Part shown: piece by piece, positions 27,563 through 34,677 of the stretch | How the letters are laid out: each line of letters starts with the position of its first letter | Numbering within the stretch: position 1 is the first letter of the stretch | From: a virus | Taxonomy: Duplodnaviria; Caudoviricetes | IMG/VR virus record: IMGVR_UViG_3300037484_000989 | Coordinates: 1 to 36,391 of that record | Length of the DNA stretch: 36,391 nucleotides | Reading direction: 5' to 3' (one strand) | Translations under genes and position numbers: made by a program | Notes under the pieces: generated by a model | What the model was told of the DNA's origin: nothing | What the model saw: only the letters and a program-made list of their open reading frames with translations | The model's database searches: none

Positions 27563-28111
27563 ATGCCAAGTGACTTTTTGGCAGACTTAATAGACCATAA
27601 ACGCCGTGTGGGGCTCTATCTACAGAATGTGGCAAATGCGCTATTTGGGAGGGCAGTCGTACACGACAATTCGAAGTTCCTGCCAGTGGAGTATGAGGCA
27701 TACGATAATGCCTTTCCTGAGTTCAAAAAACACGCATTTGGCTCTGAGGGCATGAAAGCGGTCTATGAAAGCATAAAACCCGCCCTCGATCACCATCTGC
27801 ACTCTAATCGACATCATCCTGAATACTTTAAAAACGGTATTGATGATATGAACCTGCTAGACGTGATAGAGATGACATGTGACTGGTTAGCAGCATCTGG
27901 CAGAAGTGAGGTTGACATCTTCAAAGGGCTTGAGATGAACAAAGAGCGCTTCAGTATCAGTGATCAACTTTACTGTATTATCAAGAATACGGTCACGGAG
28001 CTAACTGGGAAGAGTGACGTTTACCAGCCAGACCCAAACACGCTGTACCCTGACGTTCTAATGACAGGACCATTCTCTGAAAAGCCACAGAACAGCCCTG
28101 GCAATCATTGA
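27563..28111 (+). CDS. DUF5662-like HD-superfamily protein
   Basis: H...V, HDNSK, ALDHH...NRHHPEY, EMTCDWLAA motifs. Confidence 0.75.
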   Translation: MPSDFLADLIDHKRRVGLYLQNVANALFGRAVVHDNSKFLPVEYEAYDNAFPEFKKHAFGSEGMKAVYESIKPALDHHLHSNRHHPEYFKNGIDDMNLLDVIEMTCDWLAASGRSEVDIFKGLEMNKERFSISDQLYCIIKNTVTELTGKSDVYQPDPNTLYPDVLMTGPFSEKPQNSPGNH

Positions 28112-28230
28112 CAAGCGAAGCAATGTGCAATTTGCTAATGGCGCTACAATGGTCAAGAGGTGGCTTGTCGGCGCTTCAATGATAGCTGATATGGGTCAAA
28201 TCTGTGGGGGCCCTCAATGCGATTGAGCAC

Positions 28231-28267
28231 AAATTACCCCTTGCGCACACCCTGCAAGGGGTAATTT
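28231..28267. terminator. Bidirectional terminator at the convergence of late and early transcription
   Basis: Perfect 14-bp stem AAATTACCCCTTGC / GCAAGGGGTAATTT with 9-nt loop. Confidence 0.8.
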
Positions 28268-28282
28268 TGATTGGAGTGTCGA

Positions 28283-28378
28283 CTATTGGTTATTTAGCAT
28301 GTCTTTGTTCTCCCAGATGTTGCCGATGACCTCCATTTGCTCGCTATCATCGCTCAAGTTCCAATCCTCATTTCTATT
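28283..28378 (-). pseudogene. YopX-family C-terminal remnant
   Basis: Reads ...SEQMEVIGNIWENKDMLNNQ*, with an in-frame stop just upstream. Confidence 0.65.
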
Positions 28379-28778
28379 CTTGCTCTGCTATTTCCTGCAT
28401 CTCAAGCTTGAGATTGGCTATTTGCTTTTCTTTTTCATTAAGCCAATATTTCTTGTTTGCGATAAAGCGTTCACTTTGCTCGATACCCTTGCGGTATTCG
28501 TCCGCTTCACCTTCTAGGGCACGGAGCTTCTGCTGATTATCCGTGCCCTTGCGGATATACTCTTTTGTCCATCCTGCAGGATCTTCTATATATTCAGCAA
28601 CATCTTTACATATCTGCGCTTCCACGATACTCTCAGTATCGCTGCTATACCTGATGACGATCTTTTGCGCTGCATCAGGAGATGAGAATGTAACTATGCA
28701 ATCTACGCTAAGATCACCATCATACAATGTTTCATCGCGCACTACATGTATGTTGGCCTCAGTGGGGTCTTTGCTCAC
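28374..28778 (-). CDS. Hypothetical coiled-coil protein
   Basis: GTG start with RBS AAAGGA. Confidence 0.7.
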   Translation of the reverse strand: MSKDPTEANIHVVRDETLYDGDLSVDCIVTFSSPDAAQKIVIRYSSDTESIVEAQICKDVAEYIEDPAGWTKEYIRKGTDNQQKLRALEGEADEYRKGIEQSERFIANKKYWLNEKEKQIANLKLEMQEIAEQE

Positions 28779-28794
28779 TTTTGTGTCCTTTCTC

Positions 28795-28831
28795 TGCCAG
28801 CATAGGATGCACTGTGCATCCTATGCTGGCA
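28795..28831. repeat. Perfect 37-bp palindrome (18-bp arms, 1-nt centre)
   Basis: TGCCAGCATAGGATGCAC-T-GTGCATCCTATGCTGGCA. Confidence 0.95.
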
Positions 28832-28891
28832 ATTCTACACTAATTGCGCAAGCTTCAACATGCCAGGATGCTTGGCTCGCTTCCTTTCCCT

Positions 28892-28931
28892 GAAATTATT
28901 GGCTTCCCGATGTCGGGAAGCCAATAATTTC
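28892..28931. repeat. Perfect 40-bp palindrome (19-bp arms, 2-nt centre)
   Basis: GAAATTATTGGCTTCCCGA-TG-TCGGGAAGCCAATAATTTC. Confidence 0.95.
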
Positions 28932-28952
28932 GGTCTTGCCACTACTAATTAG

Positions 28953-29595
28953 CTAGTTCGACTCTTCAATAAATGGGAACTGAAGTTTAACTACAAGATC
29001 GCCATTTTGCGTGATAACTGCAAGTGGTTCTGCACTGCTTTTAAAGCCTGGTTTGTACTTCTTTGAGTGATAAAATTTTATCACTGCCTCGTAATCCCTT
29101 ACAGCGCGGTAAAACATGAGACGCATTTTACGAAGCATGAATAACCCTGATGGAGCCAGTTGTTTGTTCTCTAGTATCTCCTTTGTGGACACTGCTTCTA
29201 GCAGAAGCTTGAATATTTTCTCGACTTTCTGTATTGTGTCTAGTTGACTACTAAGCACTGAGTAAGTGCCTGTTTTGCGGATACTGGCGAAGAACTTCGC
29301 CAGTAACCCACCGACGAAAGATTTTTGCTTCCTCTTTCCGGCTGGTGAATATCAAGTGGTAGAGACCTGACTCGGTAACACAAAGCATTTGTTGTGGGCC
29401 GCCAAGGGTCTGTATAGTATACAGACCCTTTTCATCGTCGTCTAATCTACGCGCTTGCGTTGGGTCTATATCTAGCACAATAGAGACATCAGCATTGACG
29501 AATAAAATTGATCCGTCAATTTTTAAGGTTCTGACCTCTTGATCTTTAAAGTTGAAAACCGTGAGATTTGTGTTATCATTACTTTGAGTGGACAT
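28953..29595 (-). pseudogene. BRO-N antirepressor split by a +1 frameshift at 29288
   Basis: BRO-N motifs (TLGGPQQ..VTESGLY.LIF.SRK.EAK.F..WV..EVL). Removing one base restores LPSIRKTGTYS and fuses with ORF 28953..29258 to give 213 aa. Confidence 0.85.
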
Positions 29596-29599
29596 CTTT

Positions 29600-29800
29600 T
29601 TACCTTTCTGATGGGGCTGTTTCGAGCAGCTCCTTTTTTGTTTCTTGTTGCAGTAAGTAGTACTGCTCTATAATGTAATTCATTTCTGCTGACATTGACC
29701 GTCTATGCTTCTTAGCATCTTCTTCGATCTTTTCGCGTGTTGATGGTAACATGTAAAACGCTAATCGAGCGGTCTGATCATTCTTGATTAACTTTGGCAT
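29600..29800 (-). CDS. Arc-like ribbon-helix-helix DNA-binding protein
   Basis: RLAFYML...EKIEEDAKKHRRSMSAEMNYII; RBS GAAAGGAG before ATG 29800. Confidence 0.85.
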   Translation of the reverse strand: MPKLIKNDQTARLAFYMLPSTREKIEEDAKKHRRSMSAEMNYIIEQYYLLQQETKKELLETAPSER

Positions 29801-29825
29801 TCCGTAAATCTCCTTTCTTATTAAG

Positions 29826-29854
29826 AGTATACGACACTCATGGCAACTTGTCAA
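29826..29854 (-). promoter_or_regulatory. Sigma70-type promoter of the arc-BRO operon
   Basis: TTGACA-agttgccatgagtgtcg(17)-TATACT. Confidence 0.85.
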
Positions 29855-29945
29855 CGGATAGCCATAAGTTGCTATATACGGCATAAAGTTGCGCTTCAAT
29901 GAGCCCTCCCACTTCAAATCATGTGCCTCTACGATCGATCACAGC

Positions 29946-29959
29946 CCCCTTGCCAGGGG
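29946..29959. repeat. 14-bp palindrome copy 7 (CCCCTTGCCAGGGG, 1 mismatch)
   Basis: Intergenic, read directly. Confidence 0.85.
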
Positions 29960-30046
29960 AGAGACGATAGCTGATATGGGTAGCACCCAACTCTCTCAGA
30001 TTTTGACTGTGGCTCTATTTCTCATTCTTGTGTAACATTTAGGCCA

Positions 30047-30080
30047 TAAAAATAGAGCACCCAATTGAACGGGTGCTCTA
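30047..30080 (-). terminator. Intrinsic terminator of the leftward operon
   Basis: TAGAGCACCC/GGGTGCTCTA 10-bp stem followed by a T-run on the minus strand. Confidence 0.8.
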
Positions 30081-30102
30081 AATGCATCCTGTTTAGGTAT
30101 TA

Positions 30103-30297
30103 TCAGCTTATCTTAATCACTGCTGTTATTATATAGTATCCTTCATATGCATGAGTTTGCATAGAAGTGATTTCTATATCCGCAACATCTAGGTCTTGTT
30201 CTTTTCTTTCTATCCAATCTTGCATCTTTTTGGTAGCCATTGCTACTGAATTGCTCATTTCACCTTGCAAACCAACAAACGACTCAACGAATATCAT
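30103..30297 (-). CDS. Hypothetical protein
   Basis: ATGA overlap with the upstream gene, RBS GGAGGAG. Confidence 0.65.
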   Translation of the reverse strand: MIFVESFVGLQGEMSNSVAMATKKMQDWIERKEQDLDVADIEITSMQTHAYEGYYIITAVIKIS

Positions 30298-30617
30298 TTG
30301 CTTTCTCTCCTCCCAGTAATACAATCTACCCATTCATCTGTAAGATCTGCATACATCAGATCGCGCTCTACATAATTCAATCCATGACAATCCACTGCAA
30401 AGCCGTATTCCCTCATTTTGCATACTCTAGGCATTAGATCTCTGATTGGAAACAGTTCATAGGTCACTCCTGGGAATTCAATCCCAGGATACAGCTGTCC
30501 AATGACGCAATCACAACTTGAGCCTATGTCGAGTGTATCAAGGCTAATCACATTCTCCCACCCTGGCCATTTCTCATCAAGCAGTGCTGCTCCTTTTGCT
30601 ATTTGTTCTTCAAACAT
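30294..30617 (-). CDS. Hypothetical phage protein
   Basis: GAALLDEKWPGW..I.L.TLDI....CVIGQLY; coupled operon. Confidence 0.7.
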   Translation of the reverse strand: MFEEQIAKGAALLDEKWPGWENVISLDTLDIGSSCDCVIGQLYPGIEFPGVTYELFPIRDLMPRVCKMREYGFAVDCHGLNYVERDLMYADLTDEWVDCITGRRESK

Positions 30618-30790
30618 CCGCTTCCCCCTTCCAGTATTTTTGCAAGCTCTCCCTCTTCAATCCTGTATGCTTTACGTTTGCCAATACGAGGAAGCTCTAA
30701 AGCCTCCATGCACCCATTGTGTATCCAACGACGTACGGTCGTGCTATCTACACGTAATTCTTTTGCGACCTCTAATACTGTTAGTAACAT
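30599..30790 (-). CDS. HTH_17/excisionase-like DNA-binding protein
   Basis: LLTVLEVAKELRVDSTTVRRWI..G...A......YRI. Confidence 0.85.
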   Translation of the reverse strand: MLLTVLEVAKELRVDSTTVRRWIHNGCMEALELPRIGKRKAYRIEEGELAKILEGGSGCLKNK

Positions 30791-30978
30791 GGTTTTGTCC
30801 TTTCGATTTCTAACATGGTTTCATTTGGATTGAAGACTGGAGAGCGGTCCTCACCCAGTCGCTTGCAAATCGGGCAAAGAGGCCCGTACTCTGCTTTGTG
30901 GTCATGACAGATAGCTGCCCCACACAGGCATTTGCTATCTGTCATTTTAGATGGGATACAATACATGCAATAGCGCAT
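30781..30978 (-). CDS. Small Cys-rich putative zinc-finger protein
   Basis: CxxC...CxC...CxxH...CxxC. Confidence 0.65.
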   Translation of the reverse strand: MRYCMYCIPSKMTDSKCLCGAAICHDHKAEYGPLCPICKRLGEDRSPVFNPNETMLEIERTKPCY

Positions 30979-31230
30979 TTATCTCATCCAATCTTCATTA
31001 ATACTTTTGATCAATGATTGCGCTTGCCCTTCCATGTCATCCTCCTCAGTGATGGCACGCGCCTTTTTGCACGCATCTCGACTGTAAAAGCGTGCATATC
31101 TCCCCTTGCAAGGGGGATGATTGTCGTTTAACCACCTTTCGCACGATTTCATATGCATATATGCCAGAAAGCACCCGATAGCGAATATTGCAGTAAGAGA
31201 TCCAACTGCAAAGCATACAGGTCCGGTCAT
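30979..31230 (-). CDS. Hypothetical membrane protein
   Basis: N-terminal TM, ATGA overlap. Confidence 0.6.
   Translation of the reverse strand: MTGPVCFAVGSLTAIFAIGCFLAYMHMKSCERWLNDNHPPCKGRYARFYSRDACKKARAITEEDDMEGQAQSLIKSINEDWMR
31102..31115. repeat. 14-bp palindrome copy 8 (perfect)
   Basis: Read directly; encodes PCKG on the minus strand. Confidence 0.95.
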
Positions 31231-31694
31231 ACATACCCCCTTGCAAGGAGATCGTAGTCGATTGGGTACATGAAATTACGCACGAATGGAATCGGAAGAT
31301 GATCTTTGGGAAAGAAGTAGTACGTGTTAAGACGTGCCATGCGGCTTGGACATGCTACTAGCTCATCTGGGTAAGCTTTGAAGCGCTCAAAGAAGCGGTC
31401 AACAGCCAGATCTGCCAGGTCAATGGTGAGAGCCTCCAGATTAATTAGTTTGATGTATACGCGCCCGTGATCATCAACAGGACCGCACTGGATGAGCTTT
31501 TCTGTGACCCTGGGATACACAGAAGCAATGAACATCGTAGGCATGTCAGATATGTCACTCATTCTTATATCTTTCAAGCTGATAGCCTCCGTATGTTTGA
31601 TTTGTCGCTCTGTATTGCTTTTATGCAGAGCAAGGAGAAACGCCTTTGTGTCACCTCCATGCACGGAGAGCTTGTAAAGCGCATCAGGTCTCAT
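31227..31694 (-). CDS. Hypothetical protein
   Basis: Overlapping, coupled operon. Confidence 0.65.
   Translation of the reverse strand: MRPDALYKLSVHGGDTKAFLLALHKSNTERQIKHTEAISLKDIRMSDISDMPTMFIASVYPRVTEKLIQCGPVDDHGRVYIKLINLEALTIDLADLAVDRFFERFKAYPDELVACPSRMARLNTYYFFPKDHLPIPFVRNFMYPIDYDLLARGYV
31237..31250. repeat. 14-bp palindrome copy 9 (CCCCTTGCAAGGAG, 1 mismatch)
   Basis: Encodes LLARG; on the minus strand its AAGGGG also precedes ATG 31230. Confidence 0.88.
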
Positions 31695-32130
31695 TTCTTG
31701 TCAACTTCCCATTCACGATCTTCCCTATCTCTACTTTGTTCATGGATTCGCGAATGATCTCCATTTGGGCTTGATCAAGGAGGATGCGGGCGTGAGCCTG
31801 TTCCCCATCGGTGATGTCAAACATGACCGCGCCGGTATGCGTTGGAAGGATCTTCATATGCTCCCTGACGTGGCTCATGGATCCTGGGTCTAGGACATAG
31901 ACCCATCTGATGTCCCTGTCGTCGATCTCTTCCGGCAAGACAAATCCGTCCAACTCACCTGGTACGATTGGCCTGATAAATGAGCACATGTCGATCTCTT
32001 TGAATATCTGCCTATCCAGGTCAAATTGCTTCTTTGATCGTATTAGGGACTTCTGATAGGATTTATCCTTCTTTACAGGAATACCATCTAATGAATTACG
32101 GACTCTGGCTTTAAATCTTTTCTTAATCAT
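31684..32130 (-). CDS. Hypothetical protein
   Basis: TGATG coupling with the upstream gene. Confidence 0.65.
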   Translation of the reverse strand: MIKKRFKARVRNSLDGIPVKKDKSYQKSLIRSKKQFDLDRQIFKEIDMCSFIRPIVPGELDGFVLPEEIDDRDIRWVYVLDPGSMSHVREHMKILPTHTGAVMFDITDGEQAHARILLDQAQMEIIRESMNKVEIGKIVNGKLTRNET

Positions 32131-32456
32131 CAGTTATCATCTCCACACGTTGCATGCGTTAACGCTTCAAAAAGATCCCGTGCGAACTTACGCGTTTTAC
32201 AGTCGAAAGTAATTGAGCCATCTTCAAGACACGCATATCGCACCCAATGCACATCTTTGAAACTATGCATAATTACGCATTCTCCTGTATCGTGATCAAA
32301 TGAAAGATGCAAAGGGAGGTCCAATGACTCGTTAAGTGCATCTTTGAGCATTTTTAGTTTCTCTGGTTGTTCCTTTGCCCAATGTGTAAGAGTTGCCTTA
32401 TCACAATTGATGAGATTTTCAAGACAATACCCTGCATATTCTATCTCCTTATCCAT
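32130..32456 (-). CDS. Hypothetical protein
   Basis: RBS GGAGG, coupled operon. Confidence 0.65.
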   Translation of the reverse strand: MDKEIEYAGYCLENLINCDKATLTHWAKEQPEKLKMLKDALNESLDLPLHLSFDHDTGECVIMHSFKDVHWVRYACLEDGSITFDCKTRKFARDLFEALTHATCGDDN

Positions 32457-32622
32457 TCTTGTATCCTCCCATGGCGTTCACAATTGCAGCAAGCGTCTCT
32501 ACTTCTGCAATTGTGATATCAATATCCATGCATGACGCCACCTTCTGAATGTTCTCAGCATTTGGCTCTTTGTCGCACGCTTCCAAAAGCTGAATGATCG
32601 CAATTAACTGTTTGTACCTCAT
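32449..32622 (-). CDS. 57-aa helical hypothetical protein (not in ORF track)
   Basis: MRYKQLIAIIQLLEACDKEPNAENIQKVASCMDIDI...; RBS GAGGA; fills the gap in the operon. Confidence 0.7.
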   Translation of the reverse strand: MRYKQLIAIIQLLEACDKEPNAENIQKVASCMDIDITIAEVETLAAIVNAMGGYKNG

Positions 32623-32625
32623 ATC

Positions 32626-33345
32626 TTATCCTCTCTTACTAAAGCAGCATTTGCACATAATACACTTTCCCGCATTACGATCACGTTGTGAGCTGCATAC
32701 CCGCGCAGGGAGTGGCTTGTCATTTTCTGCTTTATGTAAAGCTGTTCTGAAATGATAAATCCGGTCCAAGTAGGGTTGCACCATTTCCCGATTGAACTCG
32801 ACACACCAGCATTTCAGCTCTTGTGTGTTTTTATTCTCTACCAGTATAAGCCCAAATCGCAACTCTAGCAAGTGCATATACAGATTGCACTGTTTCCATG
32901 CCGCATCAGGAGGATCACTGTCCTCATCCAGAGTGGCAAAATTCTCTTGCTTGTAGCCTTTAATCTCAACTACCATACGCTTGCCTGCGTGCTCAACAAT
33001 GGCATCGGGCGTGAAATGCAATAATCTGTCTTCATCGTAGTGACTCTTTTCTACCTCAACGACATTCCCAAATTTCTGCATTAAATCCTGGTATTTCTCG
33101 TGTAATGCCCATCCGTTGAGAAAGACTTGATTAATCTTAGTCGACCAGGGCTTGATTGGAGGCCGTTCAGCTTGCTCTGGGTACTGTGCAGCAAGCACAA
33201 GCGATCGGAGGCAGTAGGCACTCTCTGGAGCCAATATGGCTGATGCATGGGGCATTCCCGTACGCAAAGGCTTGCCTGCCTCCCACTTATCGAACATCTC
33301 TTCGATGTCCAATTTAAACAATTGGGCTACGGTGCGTGTGTTCAT
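32626..33345 (-). CDS. Cas4-like PD-(D/E)XK exonuclease
   Basis: N-terminal Cys (YCLR), G.ALHE, TPD...VEIK, QCNLY, C-terminal Cys cluster. RBS AAGGAG before ATG 33345. Confidence 0.85.
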   Translation of the reverse strand: MNTRTVAQLFKLDIEEMFDKWEAGKPLRTGMPHASAILAPESAYCLRSLVLAAQYPEQAERPPIKPWSTKINQVFLNGWALHEKYQDLMQKFGNVVEVEKSHYDEDRLLHFTPDAIVEHAGKRMVVEIKGYKQENFATLDEDSDPPDAAWKQCNLYMHLLELRFGLILVENKNTQELKCWCVEFNREMVQPYLDRIYHFRTALHKAENDKPLPARVCSSQRDRNAGKCIMCKCCFSKRG

Positions 33346-33360
33346 CCTTCTCCTTATGCG

Positions 33361-33387
33361 AAAAAGAGGCACCCGAAGATGCCTCTT
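33361..33387 (-). terminator. Intrinsic terminator/attenuator after SSB
   Basis: AAGAGGCA/TGCCTCTT stem with a T-run on the minus strand. Confidence 0.7.
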
Positions 33388-33402
33388 AACTAATCTACAA
33401 AT

Positions 33403-34191
33403 TTAGAAATCGCCAATTGTGTCATCTGCAATCTGTGCATTTTTCACACCTTGTACAACTGCGTCAATTGCAGGATCAGATGTCCCCCTTGCACGGTAAT
33501 TCTCAGCAACTACTTGGGGAGGATAATTGTTAATACAGGATTGCTTTACCCACTCCTCAGTAACATCAAAATCTGTTTTTACAGAGAAGGCAGAAGGGTT
33601 TCGTTTCGATGGTTCATAGGAGGTATCTGTACCGCTCCCATGCCTCTCAATTAAGAAGTCACGATCTGCAATACTGTTACCAGCCTTGTACATGGCTTTG
33701 AATGTGTCCGCAATCTTTGCGAAACTTGACTCTTTGAACATTAGCTGTAAGACACGTACGCCAGAAACAAGCTTTTTCTCGCCTGTTTCCTTATTAGTGT
33801 ACATTAGGTCCTCAAAGACAGGATTGTCATTTTCATCAAGGACAGCCATGCCATCCTCAATTTTCTTGGTTTTGATGTTATACAACCACACTGGAAGCAT
33901 GAACATCTGCTTTGCAGATATGTCCTTTTTTGCTTTTCTGTCCGCCGCACGCATCGCATCCTCGCACAATTGGCACTTTTTACCAATCACACGAGCACAT
34001 GTAGACTCCACATAGAATTTTCCTTGGGGATTGTAGATCTTGTGGAACCAAACCTCACAAGCACCGTCAAGATTGAGGAGAGGCCGAATTGATGCTCTCT
34101 GAGTATCTCCCAGCCTGAAAAAGAAAGGGACTGTAGATCTTGCGCCTTCTACGCTCTGTTGGTCCATTAAATCAATTACGTTAAATGCCAT
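33403..34191 (-). CDS. gp32-like single-stranded DNA-binding protein
   Basis: FFRL...IRPL, H...C......C.LC zinc motif, DFLIER.GSG.DTSY, acidic tail ending DF. Start 34191 or 34215. Confidence 0.78.
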   Translation of the reverse strand: MAFNVIDLMDQQSVEGARSTVPFFFRLGDTQRASIRPLLNLDGACEVWFHKIYNPQGKFYVESTCARVIGKKCQLCEDAMRAADRKAKKDISAKQMFMLPVWLYNIKTKKIEDGMAVLDENDNPVFEDLMYTNKETGEKKLVSGVRVLQLMFKESSFAKIADTFKAMYKAGNSIADRDFLIERHGSGTDTSYEPSKRNPSAFSVKTDFDVTEEWVKQSCINNYPPQVVAENYRARGTSDPAIDAVVQGVKNAQIADDTIGDF

Positions 34192-34297
34192 TGTGTAAAA
34201 CCTTCTTTCATTCATGCCTACTCTTTGGTAGGACTTCTAAAATCATTGGGTGCGTACCGTCTCAGGAAATTTGCGTTACGCACTCTCAACTACAGAA

Positions 34298-34326
34298 AGA
34301 ATACCACACTTGTAGCAACTTGTCAA
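34298..34326 (-). promoter_or_regulatory. Leftward early promoter
   Basis: TTGACA-agttgctacaagtgtgg(17)-TATTCT with extended -10 TG. Confidence 0.8.
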
Positions 34327-34382
34327 CACTTAAATCAATGAGTTTTCAAGTTGCCATAAAACTGGTCATTTTGTATGAGGTG

Positions 34383-34411
34383 TTGCAATGTTGCCATATG
34401 TGTGCTATACT
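34383..34411 (+). promoter_or_regulatory. Rightward early promoter
   Basis: TTGCAA-tgttgccatatgtgtgc(17)-TATACT with extended -10 TG. Confidence 0.75.
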
Positions 34412-34456
34412 TGCTGTATCAGTAAGCTCAAATGAGCAAAGAAAGAGGAAAAAATA

Positions 34457-34660
34457 ATGGCATCACAGATCAAAGAAGTTGACGGGGTGAGATACCTCAA
34501 TATGGAAGCGTGCGCTGAGCGCTACAAGATCAGCGCACAGGGTTGGAGAAATCGATGTCGAATACACCACATTCAGAAATGGAAATTTGGGTCTAGTGGA
34601 CGGTCGGTCTTCGTGAAGGAGTCTGATTTGTCAATAATTGACAACCCAGTAGAGAAATAA
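34457..34660 (+). CDS. Small winged-HTH (Xis/MerR-like) DNA-binding protein
   Basis: YLNMEACAERYKIS...WRN.....I.KWK.G......VKESDL; first gene after the divergent promoters. Confidence 0.7.
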   Translation: MASQIKEVDGVRYLNMEACAERYKISAQGWRNRCRIHHIQKWKFGSSGRSVFVKESDLSIIDNPVEK

Positions 34661-34677
34661 GGAAAGGAGAAAGATAG

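Noticed and set aside
27144-28290. tRNA or known ncRNA in the intergenic gaps
   Set aside because: No cloverleaf or T-loop consensus recognisable by eye; tRNAscan and Infernal were not run.
28795-28931. Firm call of a protelomerase tel site
   Set aside because: No protelomerase gene in the window, and the recombinase fragment looks like a standard Int/Xer. Kept only as a hypothesis.
29801-29917. N-terminal extension of the Arc-like ORF
   Set aside because: It spans the promoter itself; ATG 29800 has the RBS.
32626-33345. CRISPR-Cas locus
   Set aside because: The Cas4-like gene is alone, with no cas1, cas2 or array.
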